Shown here: positions 20,836 to 29,920 of the stretch, in pieces
Position numbering within the stretch: position 1 is the first letter of the stretch
Layout: each line of letters starts with the position of its first letter
Assembly (NCBI GenBank): GCA_963753345.1
Contig: CAVWBU010000035.1
Span: 161,302 to 225,301 of the forward strand
Direction: 5' to 3'
Length of the DNA: 64,000 nucleotides
Origin: an uncultured Fibrobacterota bacterium
GTDB taxonomy: Bacteria > Fibrobacterota > Chitinivibrionia > Chitinivibrionales > FEN-1185
The notes under the pieces: model-generated
What the model saw: only the letters and a program-made list of their open reading frames with translations
Told to the model about the DNA's origin: nothing
Databases searched by the model: none
Position numbers and translations under genes: made by a program

Positions 20836-20866
20836 AAAAAAAACGGGCCGGTCGCGCCGGCCCGTT
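20836..20866 (-). terminator. Intrinsic terminator
   Basis: rc aacgggccgg cgcga ccggcccgtt followed by a T-run, downstream of the SPOR gene. Confidence 0.8.
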
Positions 20867-20889
20867 ACAACCTTTGTCGGATTACGGTT

Positions 20890-21906
20890 CTACCATCCGC
20901 CCGATGAGGAATCCTTTCCCGAGCCTGTTGTGCCGGTGCCCTGCGTGCCGCTTGTTCCGGTCGAGCTGCCGGTGCTTGGAGAACTGCTTGCAGCGGCAGA
21001 GCCCGTTGAGCCGGTTGCCGCCGACGAACCGGAAGCGCCGCTTGTTGACGGTTCGGAAGAGAACGAGGATGACCCGGTTGTCGTGCCGCTCGCCGAGGAG
21101 GACGACCCGGATGCCGGCGTTGTCGAAAAGGAACTGCTGTTTTGACTTGATGAAGAGCCGGAGAACGAAGACGATCCTGAAGATTCGGTACCGGATGATG
21201 GAGTTGAGGATGGTGTTGAAGACGGTGTTGTCGAAAAGGAACTTTCCGTGGAGCCGGAGGACGAAGGCGACGGCGTGGCGGCCGGCGCGGGCGCGCTCTG
21301 GTAGCTTCCCGCGGCGCTGCCGCCGCCCGAGCCGAGCCCGTAGCCTTCCATGCCGACGTTGTCGTTGGACTTTTTGTCAACCCAGAATTCGTAGCCGTCG
21401 GTTGCAAGGGTGTTCTGTCCGAACGATTTCGCGTCGGCCACGACCTTGAAACCGCCGATGCGCACGCGGTAGAAGGTGCCGCTCAGGCTGGGGGTCGGGT
21501 TCTGGACTTCCGCGACATATGCGGGGAAACCCTTGTCTTTGAGCTTTGCGACCATGGAATTTGCAAAGGATTGAGACTTTACACACGACACCTGCACCGT
21601 ATACCTGCCGTTTTCGGCAAATTCTCCCGAGAAGGAAGACGCCGCCGGCTTCTGTTCGGCTGCCGCGGCCTGCTTGCCCGTCTTCTTCGCGCCAGCTTTT
21701 CCCTTCTTTGCGGACGAGTCTTCCGAATAGAATTCCTTGAATATGTCGCCCGTGTCGGCGGCCGCCGAAGGTTCCTTGGCGAGCTGCGATGCCGGGGCCG
21801 CGCCTTTCCCCTGCTGGGGCTGCTTTGCCTTTCCGCATCCTGAAAGCGAAACGATGAGCATGCATCCAAGAACCGCGCCAACGACCGTGAGAAGTTTACC
21901 GTGCAT
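20890..21906 (-). CDS. SPOR-domain lipoprotein with long Ser/Gly/Thr-rich tail
   Basis: Lipobox LSGC; SPOR YTVQVSC...LKDKGFPAYV...FYRVRIGGF; low-complexity C-terminus. Confidence 0.85.
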   Translation of the reverse strand: MHGKLLTVVGAVLGCMLIVSLSGCGKAKQPQQGKGAAPASQLAKEPSAAADTGDIFKEFYSEDSSAKKGKAGAKKTGKQAAAAEQKPAASSFSGEFAENGRYTVQVSCVKSQSFANSMVAKLKDKGFPAYVAEVQNPTPSLSGTFYRVRIGGFKVVADAKSFGQNTLATDGYEFWVDKKSNDNVGMEGYGLGSGGGSAAGSYQSAPAPAATPSPSSSGSTESSFSTTPSSTPSSTPSSGTESSGSSSFSGSSSSQNSSSFSTTPASGSSSSASGTTTGSSSFSSEPSTSGASGSSAATGSTGSAAASSSPSTGSSTGTSGTQGTGTTGSGKDSSSGGW

Positions 21907-22095
21907 ATATCCTCCTTGAAGGGAAACCGTATCCTCCGCCCCGCTTCCTCTCGCGCATCATCGGCGGCTGCGCGGCAAAAAAAGTATTTGCGCGCGCCCG
22001 GACGCAATGGTTTACAATATGCGCCGGTTTACAATATATATAGAATCTACAATACTGTAACCCAAAAATCCATACTTTTTTCCAACGCGGGCCGG

Positions 22096-23229
22096 TTACT
22101 TTCCGCCTGGCAAGCCGTCAAGCAGCCTTCGCGCCTCGACCGCCTGCGGCGTTTCCGGAAAATCCGCAACCACTTTCTTGAGAGTCCGGATGGCGGCGTC
22201 GATATCGCCTTTCCTGAGAAGGTCCAGCGCGGAGCGCGAGAGCTGCGCGGCTTTTTCCAGGTTCTGCGCGTAGCGGTCGGGATTGAGCGTCTGCTTGAGC
22301 GACGGAGGCACGGCATTGAGCCGGTAGGGGCCGTAGGTCATCAGGAGGCACTGTGGTCCGGCATTCGGGTTTGCGGCGTTGAAATAGGAGATCTTTCTCG
22401 TGTCAAATACCATATACCTGCCGTCCCATCGGTATGTCGCCTCGAGCGTGAGCGAGCGGACGCCGTTCACCGCGAGGGTGAGGCCTGCGGGGAGCGTAAC
22501 CCCGTCGAACACGGCGTAGGTGAAGGTGTATGAAAGGATTGAACTGTCGACGGGCGGTTTTCTGGTCTGGTCGGCGGCAAAGGTTCTGCTGTTCTTGCGC
22601 AGGGTGAGTTCGTACACGCAGCGGGTTGCGCTGTCCATCACGCACACGAGGCTGCTCAGCCACGATTCCCGGACAAACGCGCCCATGTCATCGTACGAGT
22701 AGGCGAAGTACTTTCCTTTGGGCGCAAGCTCGAACCTGAGCGTCGCCCTGTCGCCCTGTCGCCCCGGCGCGCACGTGATGGTCGTCTCATCGGCGATGGT
22801 GCGGAACCGGTCTTCCTGCCGGTACCTGAGCACGGAGGAAACCACGATATCGATCATTTCCCCCGGATTGAGAACGCCCGAAAGCAGGTCGCGCGTTTCG
22901 AGGGAATAGCTGCGGTTTGCAAGCAGGAGGTGGAACTGATGGTTTTTGTCAAGGACTTCCTCGTAGCGGGGCGCTTCGAGGTTGACGCTGCGAAGGGTCT
23001 TTTCCATCTCGTCGGCAATGTCGCCTGACAGCGTTACCGGCACGGTGTACTGCGGCGGCATGCGGGAAAAAACCATACGATCGGGTGACTGCACATTGCG
23101 GAGTTTTTCATAGGCATCCGGAAGCGGCGCCTTACGGCCCGCGGCGGCGCTCCACAGGAGCGCAAGGCAGAACGCGGCGGCAGGAACCGCGGAACCTAAC
23201 GACACAACGTGATCAAAACCGATTTTCAC
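22096..23229 (-). CDS. Hypothetical exported protein with C-terminal TPR-like helix pair
   Basis: GTG start overlaps the hisB stop; signal-like N-terminus; ends ..GDIDAAIRTLKKVVADFPETPQAVEARRLL. Confidence 0.7.
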   Translation of the reverse strand: MKIGFDHVVSLGSAVPAAAFCLALLWSAAAGRKAPLPDAYEKLRNVQSPDRMVFSRMPPQYTVPVTLSGDIADEMEKTLRSVNLEAPRYEEVLDKNHQFHLLLANRSYSLETRDLLSGVLNPGEMIDIVVSSVLRYRQEDRFRTIADETTITCAPGRQGDRATLRFELAPKGKYFAYSYDDMGAFVRESWLSSLVCVMDSATRCVYELTLRKNSRTFAADQTRKPPVDSSILSYTFTYAVFDGVTLPAGLTLAVNGVRSLTLEATYRWDGRYMVFDTRKISYFNAANPNAGPQCLLMTYGPYRLNAVPPSLKQTLNPDRYAQNLEKAAQLSRSALDLLRKGDIDAAIRTLKKVVADFPETPQAVEARRLLDGLPGGK

Positions 23230-23819
23230 ACGAGCGTTCCCTTTGAAGAGGGGATGTCGCGGCCGGCCCTTGGATTTATGCCGCAGGCCTGCGACAGGGC
23301 TCGGCCGAAGGCCTTGAAGACCGCTTCGAGGGAGTGGTGGCTGTTCCTGCCGCGCAGCAGATCGACATGCATGGTGAACAGGCCATGATCGGTGAACGCC
23401 TTGAAGAAGTCGTGCGCGAGGTCGCATTCGAAATCGTTGACATGCGTGGTTGCAAGTTCCACATTGTAAATAAGGTTCGGCCTCCCGCTCAGGTCCACGC
23501 ACACGCGCGCGAGCGATTCGTCCATGGGAACGTGGCTTTCGCCGAAGCGCACGATGCCCGCGTGGTCGCCGAGCGCTTTATGGAGCGCCTGCCCAAGGCA
23601 GATGCCGATGTCCTCGGCGCTGTGGTGGAAATCCACGTCGGTGTCGCCGGCGCAGGCGATGGTGCAGTCGAACAGCCCGTGCTTGGCGAAGAGCGTGAGC
23701 ATGTGGTCCATGAAGGCGTTGCCGCTCGCCGCCTTCGATACGCCGGAGCCGTCGATGGACAGTTCGCAGCTGATGTCGGTCTCCTTTGTCTTCCTTTTTA
23801 TCAAGGTTTTTCTTGCCAT
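23226..23819 (-). CDS. hisB: Imidazoleglycerol-phosphate dehydratase
   Basis: RKTKETDI, DHML, DFHHSAEDIG, PMDESL, GRNSHHSLEAVFKA, PSSKG. Confidence 0.96.
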   Translation of the reverse strand: MARKTLIKRKTKETDISCELSIDGSGVSKAASGNAFMDHMLTLFAKHGLFDCTIACAGDTDVDFHHSAEDIGICLGQALHKALGDHAGIVRFGESHVPMDESLARVCVDLSGRPNLIYNVELATTHVNDFECDLAHDFFKAFTDHGLFTMHVDLLRGRNSHHSLEAVFKAFGRALSQACGINPRAGRDIPSSKGTLV

Positions 23820-23853
23820 GGTCGGTCCTTTCCCGTGCCTGTGCACGCGCCAA

Positions 23854-24937
23854 TTAGGCCGCGGCGGTTTTGAAAAAGTCCTTCACCGCGGATTCAAACG
23901 CCTTTGTTTCATCGTCCGTCCCCACGTTGACGCGGAGGCAGTTGTCGAGCATCTGATACTGCGACACGTCGCGTACCAGGATGTTTTTTTTCTTGAGGAA
24001 CGAAAAGAGCTCGTTCTTGCGTTTTGTCCGCATCAGGATGAAATTCGCCGCGCTCGGATACACCGCGTCGAACGGCATTGACGCCAGAAACGCAAACAGC
24101 GAATCGCGCCTGTCCGAAAGCTCCTGTACCCGGGGCCTGAGCTTGTCTGCATTGTCCAGAAGCACCCCGGCCACCTGTTCGGAAAAAAAGTTGATGTTGT
24201 ACGGGAGCTTGATCTTATACATTTCCTGCACGACGTCGGGCGTGCCCAGCATATAGCCGAGCCGCAGGCCCGCACCAGAAAACGCCTTTGAAAAGGTCCG
24301 CGTGATGATCAAGTTGGGATTTTCTTTAAGCAGCGGCACGGCGCTGTACCCGCCGAATTCCACATACGCCTGGTCGAGCACGAGAAAACCGGTGTGCGCC
24401 TTGAGGATCGCCCTGATGTCGGATTCGCTTAGCGAGCAGCCGGTCGGATTGTTGGGCGAGCACAGCACCATAAGCGAGCGCGGGTACTGCGACGCGGCCT
24501 CGCAGATCTTTTTCACGTTGAACGTAAGGTCGTTGGTGAGAAACACGGTGCGCTCAACGGCGCCGAGGCCGGTCGCGAGCAGCCGGTACACGGTGAAGGT
24601 TGGTTGACAAAGAATAACATCCTTCCCCTGTCCCGCGAGCGCAAGCAGCAGCACGAGCAGCATCTCGTTCGATCCGTTGCCCACCATGATCCCGCCGTCC
24701 GGCACTCCGCTGTAGGCCGACAGCTTCGCCTTGAGCGCCTCCGGGACAAAGTTCGGGTACCGGTTGAACGGCCGCTTCCGGCAGAATGCCGCGATCTCGT
24801 CCTTGATGGCAGGCCGGAAGATCGTACGGGTTCTCGTTCTGGTTGAGCTTGATGTCCGCGGCCTCGGGTTCGAGATGGTACCGGGTGAGGTTGCGGATTC
24901 GTTCGTTGACAAGAAGGAGTGAGTCGCTCAGGTTCAT
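23854..24937 (-). CDS. hisC: Histidinol-phosphate aminotransferase, one-base frameshift near 24812-24817
   Basis: N-terminus IKLNQNENPYD in one frame; NRYP, GNGSNE, SPNNPTG, RTFSKAFSGAGLRLGY in the next. Confidence 0.9.
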
Positions 24938-25091
24938 GAGTGCTTTTTGATTGCCGATGCAAGGGCGATGATTTTCCGCGGCCACATTTCCGTACGTCGC
25001 GCCGGCCCCGGACTTGATATTCATTCATTTACAATATAAATTAGTACGGGTTGGTGCGGGTACAGGCTGTAGAAACAGGGTGAGAATGAGG

Positions 25092-26747
25092 CTATTTGAC
25101 CACCGTAAACCCCTTCACCGTCTCGCTTTTCTCGTAAATCGCTTTTGCAAAGTACCTGCCAGCCGCATGGCTGGGAAGCCAGACAGCTTGATTATTACAG
25201 ATAGACAAATTCTCCAGCAACTGGCCTCGCATGTCGAACACACGAAGTGATGATGTTCCGGCAGGAAGCGAGAAGCGGACTTTTTTGGAAGAGAACTGGT
25301 TGATGGAAATATCATTTTGTGAATGATTCGTTTGACGGGAAACCGGGTTGGCAGTTTTGGTCGGATAGTCTTTGCTGTTCACGAAGATATTAAATGTCAA
25401 GGTGTCCTTATTGCCGAAATCGTCGGACACGAGGAATTCAACATGGTCCATATATGAGGAATCTGTTGTCGGTGTCCAGGATATTGTTCCGCCCACGGAG
25501 ACAGTCATGCCGGAGGGGACTTTGAGGGGAGTATAGCCGTGGTTGATCGAGTCGCCGGAGACGGGGATCTTGAAAGTAAAGGAAAAGGACTTGTAGGCGT
25601 AGCGGTCGGATATGATTGAGAGGAGGCAGGCAAGATCTCCGCGACCCGAAGTAGGTGCTCCCCGTCGCGATGAAATTGCCATCACTTGTCGGAGTGATGT
25701 CATCTGCATAAACGTCACTGGTGACTGTTTGGGTCCATACCGTATCGCCATCAGGGGTTATCTTGAAAATGTATGCCTTTGAAGATCCCGTGCCAATAGA
25801 CTCCGTATACGCTGTGACAATAAAGTTTCCGTCCGTACTTGACGTGATTGATTTCGCGCCGGCTACGCCTATACCAGTGAATGTTCTGGTCCATACCGTA
25901 TCGCCGTTGGGTTTGATTTTCAGAAGATAGGCCTTTGAAAATCCGGTGTCATACGGGAATGCATGCCCTGCGACAATAAAGTTTCCATCTGCATCTGCCG
26001 TGATTGCCCAAGCGACATTAAAGTCGCTCCGGCCGTATTTTCTTGTCCACAGCGTATCGCCGTTTGGGGTGACCTTGAGCAGGCAAACCTGGGAATACCC
26101 GTTTCCGTTTGTGGTTGATCCGGCAATAATGAAATTTCCTTCAGGTGCCGGCGCGATGGCACAGCCCGTGTTAAAGTCGCCAAGGCTGTATTTTTTAGTC
26201 CACAGCGTGTCGCCGTTCGGGGTGACCTTGAGAAGGTAAACATCAGAAGGTTCTCCGTTGAAAGAGAGGCCTCGCCCGCGACAAGGAAATTTCCGTCGGG
26301 CGTGGCGTTGACGGCAAAAGCAGTCCCTCCGACGGGGATTGTTCTTGTCCATATCGTATCACCATTTGAATTGATTTTCAGAATATATACATAGGGCTGT
26401 TCGCCGTATTTACTTGTTGTCCCGGCAACGATGAATTTTCCGTCTCCGGCCGCTGCAATGCCATTTGCGCAGGCTTCCCCTGTGCCGTTATATGTTTTGG
26501 TCCATACCGGATTGCCGAAGGCGTCGGTTTTGAGCAGGTACATTTTCATGGGGCTGCCGGTTGTATAGGTGTTCCCCGCGCCAACCAGGTGGCCGTCCGC
26601 AGTCGCTGAAATGGCGGAAAGCGCACAGTAATCCTCCGGAGTGCTGCAGGTTCTCTTCCAGTATGTCTGGCCTGCACAGTCACTCGCCAATGTCAACGCC
26701 GCAAGCGCGAACATCACCATCTTTATTGCCGATTTTTTGTAAGTCAT
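25092..26747 (-). pseudogene. Secreted repeat beta-propeller with Ig-like and T9SS-like C-terminal domains, split by two frameshifts (~26265, ~25645)
   Basis: Repeats YLLK..PNGDT.WT..Y / DGNFIVAG continue across three frames; VPSGMTV...TISWTP Ig-like segment; LRVFDMRGQLL...AGRYFAK C-terminus. Could be an intact gene with assembly indels. Confidence 0.7.
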
Positions 26748-26770
26748 AAAGAACTCCTTGTTCCTCCGTT

Positions 26771-26870
26771 GACCTCACCCCTGTTTCCCCTCTCCGATAG
26801 GAGAGGGGATGAAGGTGGCTATTTTACTCTCCCCTCTCCGGGCGGAGAGGGGAGAGGGAGGGGTGAGGTC
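26771..26870. repeat. ~100 bp composite palindrome (CCCCTCTCC..GGAGAGGGG family)
   Basis: 11 bp terminal inverted repeats gacctcacccc/ggggtgaggtc enclosing two cccctctcc/ggagagggg hairpins. Confidence 0.85.
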
Positions 26871-26955
26871 TATCTTGATTTCACACCCAATAATATATGT
26901 AAGGAAACCCGAAAGTGAAGCTTGCCGTAGAGAAAGTGTTTTCTTGCAGAAAATA

Positions 26956-27756
26956 CTAGCGGTTCCCCTCTCCCCGTGGGAGAGGGGTCGGGGGTGAGGT
27001 CCCGAACGCCCTGTTAAAATTCCTCTCCGTCGCCGCGGCGAATTCCTCTTCGTCCATCTTCCTGATCTCCGCGATCTTCTTTCCCACAAGGGCCACCCAT
27101 GCAGGCTGATTCGGCTTCCCGCGGTGGGGAACAGGGGCGAGATAGGGCGTGTCGGTTTCAATGAGGATCGAAGCGAGGGGGGCGCAAGCGACAACTGAAG
27201 CGAGTGAGGATTTTGCGAACGTGACGATGCCCGAGAACGAGACAAAATACCCCGCGTCGGCAAGTGCCTTCAGGGTCGTTGCATCGCCGGTGTAGCAGTG
27301 GAACACGGCCCGCTTCACGCCCGCGGCTGCGCACATGTCAAGCGCGCGGTGCTCGCAGCCGCGTGAGTGTACGATGACCGGTTTGTCGAGCCGTTTGGCA
27401 AGTGCAAGGTGCTTTTCGAAAAAGGATGATTGCAGTTCGAAAGAAGGATAGGCGGGGTTTGTTGCGTCAATGCCGGTTTCGCCGACCGCGATGACGCGAG
27501 GATCGGCGAACAGTGCAGCAAGTTGCTCTTCCCACAACGGTGGTGCATCGTTCACGTCAAACGGTGAAATCCCCACCGCGGCAAACAGGCCTGGATGGCC
27601 GGCGCATTGCGAAATGACGGTGTTGCTTGACGAAAGGGATGTTGCGGCATTGAGGATGCGGTGCACGCCGTTTGCGCGGGCATGATCAACGGTTGCTTTG
27701 AGCGCGGCGTCATCGCAACGGTAAAGGTGGGCGTGTGAGTCGGTCCACTGGATCAT
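26956..27756 (-). CDS. tatD: TatD family DNase
   Basis: DSHAHL, VGETGID, VHSR, FHCYTG, ETDTPYLAPVPHRGKPNQP. Confidence 0.93.
   Translation of the reverse strand: MIQWTDSHAHLYRCDDAALKATVDHARANGVHRILNAATSLSSSNTVISQCAGHPGLFAAVGISPFDVNDAPPLWEEQLAALFADPRVIAVGETGIDATNPAYPSFELQSSFFEKHLALAKRLDKPVIVHSRGCEHRALDMCAAAGVKRAVFHCYTGDATTLKALADAGYFVSFSGIVTFAKSSLASVVACAPLASILIETDTPYLAPVPHRGKPNQPAWVALVGKKIAEIRKMDEEEFAAATERNFNRAFGTSPPTPLPRGEGNR
26964..27001. repeat. Half copy of the same palindrome inside the tatD 3' end
   Basis: tcccctctccccgtgggagaggggtcgggggtgaggtc; encodes ..TSPPTPLPRGEG in TatD. Confidence 0.8.
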
Positions 27757-27768
27757 GGCCCGATTGCG

Positions 27769-28755
27769 TCAGGTCCGGTTCTTGAACACGGCGGCCCACT
27801 TTGCCAGGTTCCAGATTTCGGGTTTCTTCATGCCGCGCCCGATCTTGAAAATCACCACGTCTTTGGCCTCGATATGGAAGGGCTTGCCGTTGAAGGTATA
27901 CTCGAGAAGGCTGTTGTTGCCAACGCAGACGTCAAAACTGTCGCGGGCGACGCACCGCTTGGTCTGGTTTGCCTTGAGCCAGTTCTTCCAGGACACGCCA
28001 TCCGAAAAGATCTGGATCCACACCGAGTCTTTTTTCGCTTTTATTTCCAGCGAAAGAATTCCGCGTCCCATGGAAATGCTGTCAACGGCTATTGCCGCGG
28101 GAGAGCCGGTGTCCGGCGCAGTCGCAGCCTTGGGTGCGGGGATGGGGGCGGGCGCGGGGATGGGGGAGGGCACGGCGGCGACCGTGTCGTGCCGCACCAT
28201 TTTTCCGATCAAGCTGTCTTCCGCCGCGTCTGTCGGGGCGGCCTTATGAACGGCCGGTTTTGAAGTATCGGTGCGCGCCGAAACCGCGGCCGGAGCCGCG
28301 CGGGGAGCAATCCCCGGCGCACCGGCCTTCCTGTTTGCAAAGAAGCTTACAACGCCGAGAACGACGATGACGCCCACGATGATCATCCACGGCTTGAGCT
28401 CCTTTTTTCCGGGCTTTTTTGCCATGGTGATGACGATTTGCGTGTCGCTGCCTTTGCGGAAATTTTCGTCGTGGATGCCGCGCTCCTCATAGAATTTTTT
28501 GAGGACCGCCTCGGGATCGAGGAGAAGATACTTGGCAAGCGAGCGAAGGTAGACGCGTATGTACGGGTCGGCAGGGAGGTTGGTGTAATCGTTCACTTCG
28601 AGCGAACGCACGTACTGGACGCTCAGCTTGAGGTCCTTGGCGATGGTTTCGAGGGCAATGCGCCGGGCAATGCGTTCTCTGCGGAGGATGTCGCCCACGC
28701 GCTCGGGCCCGGTCTCCTCTTTCGCCTGCCCGCCGGCTTCATTTTCTTCAGACAT
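27769..28755 (-). CDS. rodZ: RodZ-like helix-turn-helix membrane protein
   Basis: GDILRRER..LETIAKDLKL..YVRSLE...YIRVYLRSLAKYL HTH, one TM helix, C-terminal SVWIQIFSDG...VGN domain. Confidence 0.8.
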   Translation of the reverse strand: MSEENEAGGQAKEETGPERVGDILRRERIARRIALETIAKDLKLSVQYVRSLEVNDYTNLPADPYIRVYLRSLAKYLLLDPEAVLKKFYEERGIHDENFRKGSDTQIVITMAKKPGKKELKPWMIIVGVIVVLGVVSFFANRKAGAPGIAPRAAPAAVSARTDTSKPAVHKAAPTDAAEDSLIGKMVRHDTVAAVPSPIPAPAPIPAPKAATAPDTGSPAAIAVDSISMGRGILSLEIKAKKDSVWIQIFSDGVSWKNWLKANQTKRCVARDSFDVCVGNNSLLEYTFNGKPFHIEAKDVVIFKIGRGMKKPEIWNLAKWAAVFKNRT

Positions 28756-29359
28756 TCGGTGCGCCCTTTCGATCGGCGTATGACGCAAACAGATCAATGG
28801 TTTTTCTCACCGGCAGCCCCACCACATTGTAGTAGCAGCCGTCAATCCTGTCGATAAATGCCATGGCCCTGCCCTGGATGGCATACGCTCCGGCTTTGTC
28901 GCAATACTCCCCGCGGCTGAGGTACTCGTCGATTTCCCATTGCGCAAGGGACCTGAACTGCACCGCGGTGGTCTCGATAGCGCCGGCCGCAAACCCGCAT
29001 TCGCCGCACACGAGCGCCACCGACGTCAGCACCGTGTGCCTGCGGCCGGAAAGCCGCCTGAGCATGGTCGCGGCGTCGCTCTTGGTCGTCGGCTTCCCGA
29101 GTGCCACCCCGTCAATTGAGACGACGGTGTCCGCGCCGAGCACCAGCGCGTCGGGTCGCGATACCGACACCGATTGCGCCTTGGCAACGGCAAGTGCCGC
29201 AAGCTCTTTGTCAAGCTGACGCCCGGAGAAAAAGTCGGCCTCATTTTCCACTGACGGTCGCACGACATCAAACTCGAAACCCAGGGCCGAGAGAATCTCG
29301 CGCCGGCGAGGGGATTGCGAAGCAAGAATAATGCGCCTATCGGGATTTCTCCACACCAT
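28748..29359 (-). CDS. maf: Maf nucleoside triphosphate pyrophosphatase
   Basis: ILASQSPRRREIL, GADTVV, LGKP, DKAGAYAIQG, NVVGLP. Confidence 0.95.
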   Translation of the reverse strand: MVWRNPDRRIILASQSPRRREILSALGFEFDVVRPSVENEADFFSGRQLDKELAALAVAKAQSVSVSRPDALVLGADTVVSIDGVALGKPTTKSDAATMLRRLSGRRHTVLTSVALVCGECGFAAGAIETTAVQFRSLAQWEIDEYLSRGEYCDKAGAYAIQGRAMAFIDRIDGCYYNVVGLPVRKTIDLFASYADRKGAPNV

Positions 29360-29439
29360 GGTAAATATACTTATCCTTCGGCATGCGCGGCAATGGGCCG
29401 TAGTTCTAGTGGGGTTATATGAAAATCAAAAATAACAAA

Positions 29440-29651
29440 TTGGGCGTTCCCCTCGGCCTCGCATGGGCGCGGCCTCGGGTCGGTTCTCCCTCCGGTCTCG
29501 TCCTTCGTTCTCGGGCCGCCTCGGCCCTATGGCCCACAGGGCCGGGTCCGGGCGGCACCGCGCTCTGGCGCGGCCTCCGGTCGCCCCTAACGCGCGGCAG
29601 TGGAAATCTATTCTGTCAACTTCTTTTTTTGCGCCAATCGGCATCCGCTTG
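29440..29651 (+). repeat. Repeat A copy 6 with 3' tail
   Basis: ttgggcgttcccctcggcc..ggcctcgggtcggttctccctccggtctcg..gccgcctcggccc..gggtccgggcggc..cctccggtcgcccctaacgcgcggca, plus aatctattctgtcaac..gcgccaatcggcatcc. Confidence 0.9.
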
Positions 29652-29656
29652 AAATC

Positions 29657-29728
29657 TACTGTCAACTGCCAACTGTTTACGCCTTTTCTTCTCAATCTCT
29701 CAACTGCTCAACTTCTCAACTATTCAAC
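29657..29728. repeat. Short heptamer and octamer tandem arrays between A6 and B2
   Basis: ctgtcaa ctgccaa ctgttta, then ttctcaat ctctcaac tgctcaac ttctcaac tattcaac. Confidence 0.7.
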
Positions 29729-29896
29729 CGCTCTCCGTGGGTGCCCCCACACAGGTGCTTGATTCTTGCCACTACCTTCACTTGGGGTGCACCCAGGAGG
29801 GGATTGCGCCCGCCCAACAGGAAGGGCGGAAAGCGCCGCAGGACACCGCAGGCCGAAGGCCGAGGAGGCCGGAGCGAGGGGGATACTTCCCCTCTC
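29724..29896 (-). repeat. Repeat B copy 2
   Basis: rc gaggggaagtatccccctcgctccggcctcctcggccttcggcctgcgg..cccctcctgggtgcacccc..cacctgtgtgggggcacccacggagagcggttga; the middle part resembles repeat A. Confidence 0.8.
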
Positions 29897-29920
29897 AAAT
29901 ACAATGAAATAGCTTGAAAT

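Noticed and set aside
12446-29762. Short ORFs over repeat A with similar peptides (e.g. RSRPSASGCLP.GPCGPWSG)
   Set aside because: Frames shift between copies, indels track hairpin swaps, and there is no consistent start or RBS; these are artefacts of GC-rich repeats.
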